Shown one piece after another: positions 10,065 through 19,584 of a stretch of DNA of 64,000 nt. Origin of the DNA: an uncultured bacterium (GTDB taxonomy: Bacteria > Krumholzibacteriota > Krumholzibacteriia > JAJRXK01). Each line of letters opens with the position of its first letter. Position 1 is the first letter of the stretch. The DNA is taken from the NCBI GenBank assembly GCA_964593155.1, contig CAZQHE010000002.1, forward strand, positions 5,231 to 69,230, written 5' to 3'. The notes below the pieces were generated by a model. That model worked only from the letters and a program-made list of their open reading frames with translations. It had not been told where the DNA came from and searched no databases. A program made the translations under genes and the position numbers.

Positions 10065-12182
10065 ATGGACCCCCTGATGACGAGCGCCGTCGCGATCCTG
10101 CTTCTGCCGCTCCTCAGCTACGTGCTCCTGTTCTTCTTCGGCGAGAAGCTCCCGCGGCGCGGCGACTGGCTGGGGATCGTCCTGGTCGGGGTGAGCTGGA
10201 TCCTGTCGCTGCGGATCTTCGCGCACTTCTGGAGCCACGACGCGCCGATCGAGCAGAGCTGGAACTGGCTGACCGTGGCCGGGTTCTCGATCGATTTCGG
10301 CATACTGCTCGACGGAATGAGTGCGGTGATGCTGGTGGTGGTGACCACGGTGAGCTTCGTGGTCCACCTCTTCAGCAGTGGCTACATGTGGGGAGACGAG
10401 CGCTATTCGCGCTACTTCGCCTTCCTGGGCTGGTTCACCTTCTCCATGCTGGGTCTGGTGCTCAGCAACTCGCTCTTCTTCCTGTACGTGTTCTGGGAGC
10501 TGGTGGGGATCGCCAGCTACGTGCTGATCGGGTTCTTCTTCTTCAAGCACTCGGCGGCCAACGCGAACAAGAAGGCCTTCCTGGTCAACCGTATCGGCGA
10601 CTTGGGGTTCTTCCTGGGAATCCTGCTGTTCTTCACGGCGATCGGCGAGTTCCAGTACGGCGCTCTGTTCGAGGGCGTGCAGGAGGGTCTGATCGGCGGG
10701 TCCACGCTGACCTGGGCGGGCGTGCTGCTCTTCCTGGGCTGCGTGGGCAAGAGCGCACAGGTGCCCCTGCACGTGTGGCTGCCCGACGCCATGGAGGGCC
10801 CCACGCCCGTGTCGGCCCTGATCCACGCCGCGACCATGGTGGCCGCCGGCGTGTACATGGTGGCCCGTCTCTTCCCGCTGTTCTCGCCCGACGCGCTGAT
10901 GGTCATCGCCTACGTCGGTGGGATCACCGCCATCTTCGCGGCCACGATCGCGATCGTGCAGACCGACATCAAACGTGGCCTGGCCTATTCGACCATCAGC
11001 CAGCTCGGCTACATGGTCATGGCCGTGGGCGTGGGCGGCGTGATGGCCGGAATGTTCCACCTGACCACGCACGCCTTCTTCAAGGCCTGCCTCTTCCTGG
11101 GTTCGGGCGCGGTGATCCACGCCATGCACCACACACAGGACATGCGCTCGATGGGTGGCCTGCGCCGGAAGATGCCGATCACCTTCCTGGCCTTCCTGGT
11201 GTCGACTCTGGCCATCAGCGGCGTGCCGCCCTTCGCCGGGTTCTGGAGCAAGGACGCGATCCTGGCCTCGGCCCTGGCCTTCGGCATGACGAACCACGGG
11301 GTGCACTATCTGCCCTTCGTCTTCGCGCTGCTCGCCGCCTCGATCACCGCCTTCTACATGTTCCGGATCGTGTTCCTGACCTTCCTCGGCGAGCCGCGCG
11401 ACCGGGAGAAGTACGATCACGCCCACGAGGTCAGCTGGCGCATGACCACGCCGCTGGTGATCCTCGGCATCCTGGCCGTGATCGGCGGTGGCTTCCCCGG
11501 CGTCGGCTGGTTCGACCGATTCGTGGAGGACCCCGCGGTGGCGCAGGCCGGACACGACGTCGAGCTGCACCTGGCGGACGACGCGGCCCACGACGTCCCG
11601 GCGGGAGCCGAGGATCCGCACGTGGTCGACACGCACGCCGGGACCACTCCCGCGGCACCCACGCACGCTGCGGAGACCGGAGCGCACGCGGACGGCGACC
11701 ACCACGACATCCATCACGTGGCTCACGGCCGGGCCATGGTCATGAGCCTGATCGCGGCCGGGCTGGGTATCCTTTTGAGCTGGCTGACCTACGGGCAGCG
11801 CATGATCAGCAGCGCGGGCATGCTCCGCGCGCTGCCGGGCGTGCACCGCTGGCTCTACGGCAAGTACTTCGTCGACGAGTTCTACGGCGCGACCGTCGTG
11901 CGGGGAACGCTCGGGCTGTCGGCGGCGGCCGGATGGTTCGACAAGTACGTGATCGACGGAATCGTCAACGGCGTCGGCGCCGTGGGGCGCTGGTCGTCGG
12001 CCCTGAGTGGTCAGACCGATCGCTGGGTGGTCGACGGCCTCGTGAACGCCACGGGCGACGTCCTGCGGTCGATCGGGAACTGGCTCTCGAGCTGGCAGAC
12101 CGGCCGCGTGCAGAACTATTTCCTGGGCCTCGTTACGGGGCTGGTGGTGTTGATCCTGGTGGTGCGCGCGGGCTGGCTGTAG
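10065..12182 (+). CDS. nuoL: NADH-quinone oxidoreductase subunit L (with His/Asp-rich insertion)
   Basis: 705 aa with antiporter-like motifs (…WLPDAMEGPTPVSALIHAATMV…). A ~60-aa His/Asp-rich insert (…HDVELHLADDAAHDVPAGAEDPHVVDTHAG…HADGDHHDIHHVAHG) is not found in canonical NuoL. Confidence 0.95.
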   Translation: MDPLMTSAVAILLLPLLSYVLLFFFGEKLPRRGDWLGIVLVGVSWILSLRIFAHFWSHDAPIEQSWNWLTVAGFSIDFGILLDGMSAVMLVVVTTVSFVVHLFSSGYMWGDERYSRYFAFLGWFTFSMLGLVLSNSLFFLYVFWELVGIASYVLIGFFFFKHSAANANKKAFLVNRIGDLGFFLGILLFFTAIGEFQYGALFEGVQEGLIGGSTLTWAGVLLFLGCVGKSAQVPLHVWLPDAMEGPTPVSALIHAATMVAAGVYMVARLFPLFSPDALMVIAYVGGITAIFAATIAIVQTDIKRGLAYSTISQLGYMVMAVGVGGVMAGMFHLTTHAFFKACLFLGSGAVIHAMHHTQDMRSMGGLRRKMPITFLAFLVSTLAISGVPPFAGFWSKDAILASALAFGMTNHGVHYLPFVFALLAASITAFYMFRIVFLTFLGEPRDREKYDHAHEVSWRMTTPLVILGILAVIGGGFPGVGWFDRFVEDPAVAQAGHDVELHLADDAAHDVPAGAEDPHVVDTHAGTTPAAPTHAAETGAHADGDHHDIHHVAHGRAMVMSLIAAGLGILLSWLTYGQRMISSAGMLRALPGVHRWLYGKYFVDEFYGATVVRGTLGLSAAAGWFDKYVIDGIVNGVGAVGRWSSALSGQTDRWVVDGLVNATGDVLRSIGNWLSSWQTGRVQNYFLGLVTGLVVLILVVRAGWL

Positions 12183-12224
12183 CCGCCGCACGCGCGTCCT
12201 CGTTTCCGGAGAGGTGACGGGCCC

Positions 12225-13742
12225 ATGCTCGAACTCGCTCGGGGAGCCGAGAGCTCTCTGCTGACCTGGATGACCTTCGTGCCCCTGTTGGGCGCCGCGG
12301 TGATCGCCCTGCTGCCGGGTGCGCAGAAGCAGTTGCACCGGTACGTGGCCCTGGCGTTCACGGCCGTGCCCGTGGTGCTGGCCGTGTTCCTGATGATCGG
12401 TTTCGATCGGACGACGACCGACATCCAGTACCACACGCAGGTCTCGTGGATCAGCGCCTTCAACATCGAGTACTTCGTCGGGGTCGACGGGATCTCGGTG
12501 ACCATGGTCCTGCTGACGGCACTGCTCAGTTTCCTGTGCGTGATCGCCAGTTGGGGGATCCAGAAGGCCACGAAGGGCTACTTCTCGCTCTTCCTGCTGC
12601 TCGAGACGGGCATGATGTGCGAGTTCATGGCGCTGGACTTCTTCCTGTTCTACGTGTTCTGGGAAGTGATGCTCCTACCGATGTACTTCCTCATCGGCAT
12701 CTGGGGCGGGCCGCGCAAGGAGTATGCGGCGATCAAATTCTTCCTGTACACCCTGGCCGGCAGCGTGCTGATGCTGCTGGTGATGATCGCGTTCTACTTC
12801 AACATCAGCGATCCGGTCACCGGCGAGAACACCTTCAACATGCTGCACATGATGAACCAGGCGAACCACGGGGACTGGTTGTCCGCGCCCGACATCCGGC
12901 ACATTCTGTTCCTGGGTCTGTTCATCGGCTTCGCGATCAAGGTGCCCATCGTTCCCTTCCACACCTGGCTGCCCGACGCCCACGTCGAGGCACCAACGGC
13001 CGTCAGCGTGATCCTGGCCGGCGTGCTGCTGAAGATGGGCACCTACGGTATCCTGCGGATCTGCTACCCGATCCTTCCCGACGCCGCGGCCTGGTTCTCG
13101 TGGCCACTCGCGATCCTCGGAGCGATCAACATCGTCTACGGAGCGATGTGCGCCCTCGCTCAATCCGACATGAAACGCCTGGTGGCCTACTCGAGTGTGA
13201 GCCACATGGGCTACGTGCTGCTCGGCATGGCGGTCTTCAACGAGGCCGGGATCACCGGCGCCGTGCTGCAGATGTTCAACCACGGCACGATCACGGCCAT
13301 GCTCTTCCTCATGGTCGGTGTGATCTACGACCGGGCCCACCACCGCGAGATCAACGGGTTCGGTGGCCTGGGCACGCAGATGCCGCGCTACACCACGGTG
13401 TTCTCGCTCGCCCTGTTCGCCGCGCTCGGGCTGCCCGGGCTGAGCGGCTTCGTGGGCGAGGCGCTGGTCTTCGTGGGCGCCTTCAGCGTGTACAAGACGG
13501 TGACCATCGTCAGCGCGATCGGGATCGTGCTCGGTGCCGCCTACGTCCTGTGGATGCTGCAGCGCGTGTTCCTGGGTCCGGCCAACGAGAAGTACGCCGA
13601 CCTGCCCGACATCAGCCGGCGTGAGCTGGTGAGTGTGGTGCCGATCGGCATCGTGGTCATTCTCTTCGGCGTGTACCCGCCGCCGCTGATCGACATGATC
13701 AAGACCTCGTTGGTGCATCTGATCGGGATGATCCCGGGCTAG
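12225..13742 (+). CDS. nuoM: NADH-quinone oxidoreductase subunit M
   Basis: 505 aa. The ND4 motif is …WLPDAHVEAPTAVSVILAGVLLKMG…. Confidence 0.95.
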   Translation: MLELARGAESSLLTWMTFVPLLGAAVIALLPGAQKQLHRYVALAFTAVPVVLAVFLMIGFDRTTTDIQYHTQVSWISAFNIEYFVGVDGISVTMVLLTALLSFLCVIASWGIQKATKGYFSLFLLLETGMMCEFMALDFFLFYVFWEVMLLPMYFLIGIWGGPRKEYAAIKFFLYTLAGSVLMLLVMIAFYFNISDPVTGENTFNMLHMMNQANHGDWLSAPDIRHILFLGLFIGFAIKVPIVPFHTWLPDAHVEAPTAVSVILAGVLLKMGTYGILRICYPILPDAAAWFSWPLAILGAINIVYGAMCALAQSDMKRLVAYSSVSHMGYVLLGMAVFNEAGITGAVLQMFNHGTITAMLFLMVGVIYDRAHHREINGFGGLGTQMPRYTTVFSLALFAALGLPGLSGFVGEALVFVGAFSVYKTVTIVSAIGIVLGAAYVLWMLQRVFLGPANEKYADLPDISRRELVSVVPIGIVVILFGVYPPPLIDMIKTSLVHLIGMIPG

Positions 13743-13753
13743 GAGACGAGGGC

Positions 13754-15238
13754 GTGAACTTCACCTGGCTCGACGTGAGCTTCTACCTTCCCGAGCTGAT
13801 CATGCTCGGCACCTTCATCGGCTGCCTGCTGCTGGACCTGGTCCTGCCCAAGCGGACGCCGGCGGTGTTCGGGACACTGGTCGTGGGCACGATCGTCGCC
13901 ACGATCGTGGCGCTGGTGCGCCCTCCGGTCGGCGAGCACTACATCTTCGGCCAGATGATGGTCGTCGACGACTTCTCGCACTTCTTCCGGCTCGTGTTCC
14001 TGGGGATCACGCTGGTGGCGGCGATCTTCAGCTACAGCAGCCGCGAGATCATGGGGCGGGACCGCGAGAACCAGAGCGAGTACTACGCCATGCTCGCGCT
14101 CATGGCCTTCGGCATGATGAGCATGGCCAGCGCCACCGACCTGGTCATGCTGGCCCTGACGATCGAGCTCGTGTCGATCACCAGCTACGTAATGGCCGGG
14201 TTCGCCCGCTTCAGTCTACGGAGCAGCGAGGCGGCGATGAAGTACGTGCTGTGGGGTGCCGTGAGCAGTGGCATGATGTTCTACGGGATCAGTCTGTTCT
14301 ACGGACTGACCGGGGCTACGGGCTACGATGCGATCCGCGAGGGTCTGGCCGCGTCCCAGGCCGGCGACGTGACCGTTCTCGTGGCGATCCTGTTCGTCAT
14401 GGCCGGCATCGGTTACAAGATCAGCGCGGTGCCCTTCCACTTCTGGACACCGGACGTCTACGAGGGAGCACCGACACCGGTGACGGCCCTGTTCGCCGCG
14501 GGCCCGAAGGCAGCCGGCTTCGCGCTGATGATCCGCTTCTTCTACACCACCCTGGTCGGCGGTGACGGCGGCACCGGGTTCCAGGTGCTGCGCGAAGTCC
14601 AGTGGGACATGGTGCTGGCGCTGCTCAGCGCGGTCACCATGACCTGGGGCAACCTGGCCGCCCTGCGCCAGGACAACGTGAAGCGTATGCTGGCCTACAG
14701 CTCGATCGCCCACGTGGGTTACCTGCTCATGGGCTTCGTGTTGCTCACCCAGAGTGGTCTGCAGGCGATCCTGTTCTACCTGCTGATCTACGCGATCATG
14801 ACGCTGGGGGCCTTCCTCGTGGTGATCGCGCTGAACAACCGGTTGGGCAGCGAGGACATCGAGGACTACGCGGGACTCGGATTCCGCGAGCCGCTGCTGG
14901 CCGCCTCGATGTTCGTGTTCCTGATCAGCCTCACCGGCTTGCCACCGACGGCGGGTTTCATCGGGAAGTTCTACCTGTTCGCCGCCGTCGGCGAGATGGG
15001 CATGTGGTGGTTGGCGATCCTCGGCGTGCTCAACAGCGTGGTGAGCCTCTACTACTACATGCGGATCGCCAAGGCCATGTACTTCACGCCGGCCACGGAG
15101 CAGGGGCCGCTGGGCCTGGCCGTTCCGCACGTCGTGCTGGTGGTGCTGCTGGTCATCCCCACCGTGATCTTCGGGGTGTACTGGGCGCCGCTGAAGGGCC
15201 TGGCCGATCGTAGCGTGCTCGGTTTCTGGGGCGGGTGA
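13754..15238 (+). CDS. nuoN: NADH-quinone oxidoreductase subunit N
   Basis: 494 aa. The ND2 motif is …FHFWTPDVYEGAPTPVTALFAAGPKAAGF…. Confidence 0.95.
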   Translation: MNFTWLDVSFYLPELIMLGTFIGCLLLDLVLPKRTPAVFGTLVVGTIVATIVALVRPPVGEHYIFGQMMVVDDFSHFFRLVFLGITLVAAIFSYSSREIMGRDRENQSEYYAMLALMAFGMMSMASATDLVMLALTIELVSITSYVMAGFARFSLRSSEAAMKYVLWGAVSSGMMFYGISLFYGLTGATGYDAIREGLAASQAGDVTVLVAILFVMAGIGYKISAVPFHFWTPDVYEGAPTPVTALFAAGPKAAGFALMIRFFYTTLVGGDGGTGFQVLREVQWDMVLALLSAVTMTWGNLAALRQDNVKRMLAYSSIAHVGYLLMGFVLLTQSGLQAILFYLLIYAIMTLGAFLVVIALNNRLGSEDIEDYAGLGFREPLLAASMFVFLISLTGLPPTAGFIGKFYLFAAVGEMGMWWLAILGVLNSVVSLYYYMRIAKAMYFTPATEQGPLGLAVPHVVLVVLLVIPTVIFGVYWAPLKGLADRSVLGFWGG

Positions 15239-15471
15239 ACCGCCCCGGAACCTCGCGGTGCTTCGGCAACGTGGTGAGCCGGCCCGCGCCCTGATGCGCG
15301 TGCATCGGTCTGAAGCGCGATCCCGCCACTTCTTCCACCGATTGTGTGACCGTCGGCGGCCCTGCGCTGGCCCGCCTCGTCGGCCGTGACCTAGAGTCGG
15401 CGCGCCGCCGTGTCCGCGACGACACCGGTGTCGCCGCTCCCGGTCATGCCATCCGCCGTGGAGGTTCCCCC

Positions 15472-18400
15472 ATGCGCCGCGCCCTCTCCCTGGTTCTCGT
15501 CGGTCTGTTCCTCGGTGTTCCCGTCCACGCCGCCGAACCCGTGGTCCTCGATCTCGGCACCGATCCCGCGTTGCGGGTGACGTCGGTCTCGCTCGACGAG
15601 GTCACCGTGGAGGTCGACGTCGGTCGCCTGCGCTTCTTCGACGTGGAGACACCCGAGGGCACGTTCACGCAGGTGACGATCCCGGGGTTCCATCGCAGTC
15701 GGGAGATCGGGCGCCCCGCCGTTCCGGTCATGAACCGTCTCGTGGCGATCCCGGACGGTGCCGAGGCCTCCGTCGAGGTCGTCGAGGCGAAGACCCGGCG
15801 CGTGCGACTCGCCGACGTCGGGGTCGAGCACCGCCTCATGCCCGCCCAGCCGAGCCTGTCGAAGAGCGCCGATCCCGGGCCGCAGCCCTTCCACTTCGAT
15901 CGGGCCGCCTACGCGACACCGGTCACGCTCGACGACCTCGAGTTGGCGGGGATGGTCGAGCAGGGCCGATTGCGGGCGCTCGACTTCGGTCGCCTCGAGG
16001 TTCGTCCGGTGGCCTACGATCCGGTCCGCGAGGAGCTGGAGGTCGCCGAGAGCCTGCGTCTGCGTGTGCGCTTCGAGGGAGGGCGACCGGGCACGACGGA
16101 AGACCTGCTGGCGCGCACCCGCAGCCCCTTCTTCGACGGTGTCTACGGCCGCTTCGCGGGCAGCAAGGGGCTGCACGAGTCCTACCCGGACGTCGTGCGC
16201 GACGAAGTGACCTACGTCGTCGTCACGCCGCCCGAGTTCGAAGCCGGGCTCGAGGACTTCGTGGCCTGGAAGACCGAGCGCGGCTTCCACGTGGAGGTCG
16301 GCGTGATCGGCACGCCGGAGGTGGGCAGCACCACCAGCAGCATCCAGAGCTATCTGCACGGTCTCTTCCACGGGGCCACGCCCCAGCAGCCGGCTCCGAG
16401 CTTCGTGCTGTTCGTCGGCGACGTGGCGCAGTGTCCCACGTGGACCGTCAGCGGCAACGCCACCGACCGTCCCTACTGCACGGTGGACGGCGACGGGATC
16501 CCGGACATGTACTACGGACGGTTCTCGGCCACGAACGCCGCGGAACTGCAGGCCATCGTGGACAAGACGATGACCTACGACACCCTGTCGATGGCCGATC
16601 CGAGCTATCTGGGCGACGTCGTGCTGATCGCCGGTGCCGACGCCAGCTGGGCCCCCACGCACGGCAACGGCACCATCAACTACGGAACCGACAACTACTT
16701 CGATGCCGCCCACGGAATCGACGCCGACGTCCATCTCTACCCGCAGTCGCAGTACGATGCCTCGCTCATCGTGAGCGAGGTCGGCCAGGGCCGCGGGTTC
16801 GTCAACTACACCGCGCACGGAAGCCGCACGAGCTGGGCCGATCCGAGCTTCACGCAGTCCGACATCGCGGGACTGCAGAACGTCGACGAGTACGGGCTGG
16901 TGATCGGCAACTGCTGCCTGACGTCGACCTACGACTACGCCGAGTGCTTCGCCGAGTCGTGGTTGCGCGCGCCCGACCGCGGAGCGATCGGCTACATCGG
17001 AGGCTCGAACTCGACCTACTGGGACGAGGACGTCTACTGGAGCGTGGGGTCCACCGCGTCGATCACGGCCGACATGCCCTTCGAGAACACGGGCCTGGGC
17101 GCGTATGACGGTCTCTTCCACGACCACGGCGAGGACGAGGACCAGTGGTACGTGACGCAGCACGCGGTGGCCTTCTGCGGCAATCTTGCCGTGCAGGAAT
17201 CGGGTTCGAGCCGCACCGACTACTACTGGGACATCTACAACCTCATGGGAGATCCGTCCCTGCCGGTCCATGTGGGCGTTCCAGAGGCGAATCCGGTGGT
17301 CCACGCCGACAACCTGGTCGCGAACCAGACGTCGATCACCGTGTCCGCCGCGGTCGGTAGCTATGTCGGCGTGAGTCAGGACGGGGTTCTCCTGGGGGCG
17401 GGGACGGTCCACGACGGTGCGACCGACGTGACCATCGACTACCTCCAGCCGTTGCAGGCGGGGGTAGCGGCCCGCATCGTGGTGACCGGACAGAACCTCG
17501 CCCCCTACGTGACCGACCTCCCGGTCGCGGCTCCGAGCGAGGTCACGATCAGTCCCGTGGAGCTGCCCAGCGGGGTCCCGACCGAGGTCGCAGTCCGTGT
17601 GCTGCGCAACGACGGGGTGACCCCCATCCCCGGCGTCGAGGTGCGGGTGAGCGACCCCATGGACTACGAGGTCACCGCCTTCACCGACTCGGCGGGCCGG
17701 GCCACGGTGGATGTCGACTACCCCTACGGAACCGCGCTCGGAGTGCGTGGAACGCACCCCACGGAGGGCTTCCTCTTCGACGAGCAGCTCACGGTGACCG
17801 CCGCGCCGCTCGTCGAGCCCGACCTCACGGTGAGTACCGAGTTCGGACTCGTCGATCTGTTCGGCATGAACCTGCAGAGCACGATCGTCGCCAGCAGCCA
17901 GACACCGGGCACGACCCTGGTGGCCTACGTGCCCGGTCTCGGCCGCATGGAATCGACGTCCGACACCCTGGTCTGCACGCCCACCCAGGGTGGCGAGGTG
18001 CGCGCCTTCCTCCTGGTGTCCGGACATCAGATCCACGCCGAGACCTTCCCCGTGCTCACGCAGGGCAGCGTGCGCGGCACCGTGCAGCTCGAGGGCGAGA
18101 CCGACTTCTCCGGTGTGACGGTCGCGGCATCGCCCGGAGGAGCCAGCACGGTCACCGCTGCCGACGGCAGCTATCTGCTGACCGGCCTCGAGCCCGGCGA
18201 CCACACCCTGACCGCCGAGCGCGAGGGGTTCTCGGTCGGGACGACGCCTCTCACCCTGGGCGAGGGCGAGCACCTCGACGGCGTCGACTTCGCCCTGTCG
18301 ATCGTGTACGAGATCGAGGTCTGCGAGGACGCTGCGCTGGCCATTCCCGACGACTTCACCCGTGGGGTGACCTCGACCATGGAGGTCGCGTCGGCCGGCG

Positions 18401-18993
18401 AGATCACGTGGGCCCGCGTGCATCTCGACCTCACCCACACCTACCAGGGTGACCTGATCGTTCAACTGATCTCGCCGTCGGGAACCACGGTCGTCCTGCA
18501 CGATCGCAGCGGTGGGTCGGTCGACGACATCGTCGGCTGGTATCCCGATGCCCTGATGCCGTCCGAGAGCCTCGACGCGTTCGCCGGCGAGGACATGGCG
18601 GGGAGCTGGCGTCTGCACGTGAGCGACAACGCCGGTTACGACACCGGGACGTTGAACTCGTGGTGCCTGAACCTGGGCTACGCCGGCGGTACGGTCACCG
18701 CGGTGAAGGCGCCCCGGACCCTCGGCCTCGAGCGCAACGTTCCGAATCCCTTCAACCCCAGCACCACGATCGCGTTCTCGATTCCGCGGGAGGGCGAGGT
18801 CCGACTCACGGTCTACGACCTGCGTGGCCGCCGGGTGGCCACTCTGGTCGACACCGTGCTCCCGGCGGGCCCCCATCGCCGGACCTGGGACGGGTGCGAC
18901 GATCGCGGGCGTCCGCTGGCCAGTGGAACGTACTTCTATCGTCTGAACACGGGTGATCGCGCGTTGAGCCGGAAGATGCTGTTGTTGAAATAG
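15472..18993 (+). CDS. secreted peptidase C25 (gingipain-like) multidomain protein with proprotein-convertase P-domain and T9SS type-A C-terminal sorting domain
   Basis: ORF 15346..18993. The Met at 15472 has a GGAGG Shine-Dalgarno 8 nt upstream and a signal peptide MRRALSLVLVGLFLGVPVHAAEP. The catalytic His and Cys blocks align to RgpB (FVNYTAHGSRTSWADP…VIGNCCLTSTYDYAECFAESWLRA). A CarboxypepD_reg-like segment follows, then a P-domain (…TYQGDLIVQLISPSGTTVVLHDR…AGSWRLHVSDNAGYDTGTLNSWCLNL). The C-terminus NVPNPFNPSTTIAFSIP…VYDLRGRRV…WDGCDDRGRPLASGTYFYRL…KMLLLK is the T9SS sorting-domain signature. Confidence 0.85.
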   Translation: MRRALSLVLVGLFLGVPVHAAEPVVLDLGTDPALRVTSVSLDEVTVEVDVGRLRFFDVETPEGTFTQVTIPGFHRSREIGRPAVPVMNRLVAIPDGAEASVEVVEAKTRRVRLADVGVEHRLMPAQPSLSKSADPGPQPFHFDRAAYATPVTLDDLELAGMVEQGRLRALDFGRLEVRPVAYDPVREELEVAESLRLRVRFEGGRPGTTEDLLARTRSPFFDGVYGRFAGSKGLHESYPDVVRDEVTYVVVTPPEFEAGLEDFVAWKTERGFHVEVGVIGTPEVGSTTSSIQSYLHGLFHGATPQQPAPSFVLFVGDVAQCPTWTVSGNATDRPYCTVDGDGIPDMYYGRFSATNAAELQAIVDKTMTYDTLSMADPSYLGDVVLIAGADASWAPTHGNGTINYGTDNYFDAAHGIDADVHLYPQSQYDASLIVSEVGQGRGFVNYTAHGSRTSWADPSFTQSDIAGLQNVDEYGLVIGNCCLTSTYDYAECFAESWLRAPDRGAIGYIGGSNSTYWDEDVYWSVGSTASITADMPFENTGLGAYDGLFHDHGEDEDQWYVTQHAVAFCGNLAVQESGSSRTDYYWDIYNLMGDPSLPVHVGVPEANPVVHADNLVANQTSITVSAAVGSYVGVSQDGVLLGAGTVHDGATDVTIDYLQPLQAGVAARIVVTGQNLAPYVTDLPVAAPSEVTISPVELPSGVPTEVAVRVLRNDGVTPIPGVEVRVSDPMDYEVTAFTDSAGRATVDVDYPYGTALGVRGTHPTEGFLFDEQLTVTAAPLVEPDLTVSTEFGLVDLFGMNLQSTIVASSQTPGTTLVAYVPGLGRMESTSDTLVCTPTQGGEVRAFLLVSGHQIHAETFPVLTQGSVRGTVQLEGETDFSGVTVAASPGGASTVTAADGSYLLTGLEPGDHTLTAEREGFSVGTTPLTLGEGEHLDGVDFALSIVYEIEVCEDAALAIPDDFTRGVTSTMEVASAGEITWARVHLDLTHTYQGDLIVQLISPSGTTVVLHDRSGGSVDDIVGWYPDALMPSESLDAFAGEDMAGSWRLHVSDNAGYDTGTLNSWCLNLGYAGGTVTAVKAPRTLGLERNVPNPFNPSTTIAFSIPREGEVRLTVYDLRGRRVATLVDTVLPAGPHRRTWDGCDDRGRPLASGTYFYRLNTGDRALSRKMLLLK

Positions 18994-18998
18994 TTCGC

Positions 18999-19562
18999 CT
19001 ACGTCACGTTCGGCAGCAGGTCGGGCCGGTGGGTGGCCAGCCACCAGATCCCGCACACGACCAGTGCGTGACGGATCCGGCCCGAGGCGATCGCGCCGGG
19101 AACGTCACCCACCGGCATGGTACTGACCTCGATGTCCTCGCCCACGTCCAGTTCGAGGTCGTGCGCGCGGCGACAGCCCTCCACGAGATAGGTGTGGCAT
19201 AGGTTGCCCAGGATCGCGGGATTCGGCTGGACGGCGCCCATCGCCGTGACGCGGGTTCCCTCGTAGCCGGTCTCCTCGCGCAGCTCGCGCACGGCGGTGT
19301 CGCGCGGAGACTCTCCGGGATCGACGATACCGCCGGGGATCTCCAGCGTGACGTCGTCGATTCCGTGCCGGTACTGCTCCACGAGCACGAGTTCGTGCTC
19401 GGTGGTCACGGCCACCACGTTCACCCAGTCGCGGGTCTCGAGCAGATTGATGTCGCGGACCACCCCGTTGCGTGGGTTGCGCATCATCTGCAGGGTCAGG
19501 TCGAAGATCCGGGTGCGGGCAACGGTCTCCTGCGACAGTCGCTCCCACTTCTGGACGGCCAT
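18999..19562 (-). CDS. NUDIX hydrolase (ADP-ribose pyrophosphatase-like)
   Basis: ORF 18999..19805 (-), with the internal Met at 19562 (187 aa). The Nudix box is GGIVDPGESPRDTAVRELREETGY. It is convergent with the C25 peptidase, with stops 5 nt apart. Confidence 0.85.
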   Translation of the reverse strand: MAVQKWERLSQETVARTRIFDLTLQMMRNPRNGVVRDINLLETRDWVNVVAVTTEHELVLVEQYRHGIDDVTLEIPGGIVDPGESPRDTAVRELREETGYEGTRVTAMGAVQPNPAILGNLCHTYLVEGCRRAHDLELDVGEDIEVSTMPVGDVPGAIASGRIRHALVVCGIWWLATHRPDLLPNVT

Positions 19563-19584
19563 GGTGTCTCTCCGGGGTCGGGGC

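Noticed and set aside
10002-12434. 810-aa - strand ORF
   Set aside because: It is antisense to nuoL. It is His/Gly/Arg-rich, whereas the + strand gives a textbook NuoL.
17195-17215. GGGTTCGAGCC, a tRNA T-arm-like string
   Set aside because: It lies inside the C25 peptidase CDS with no surrounding cloverleaf-compatible arms. No tRNA genes were found in any intergenic region.
15391-19056. 1221-aa - strand ORF
   Set aside because: It is antisense to the C25 peptidase gene, whose + strand product has catalytic, P-domain and T9SS-CTD signatures. The - strand translation is compositionally biased (R/G/D/H/V) with no domains.
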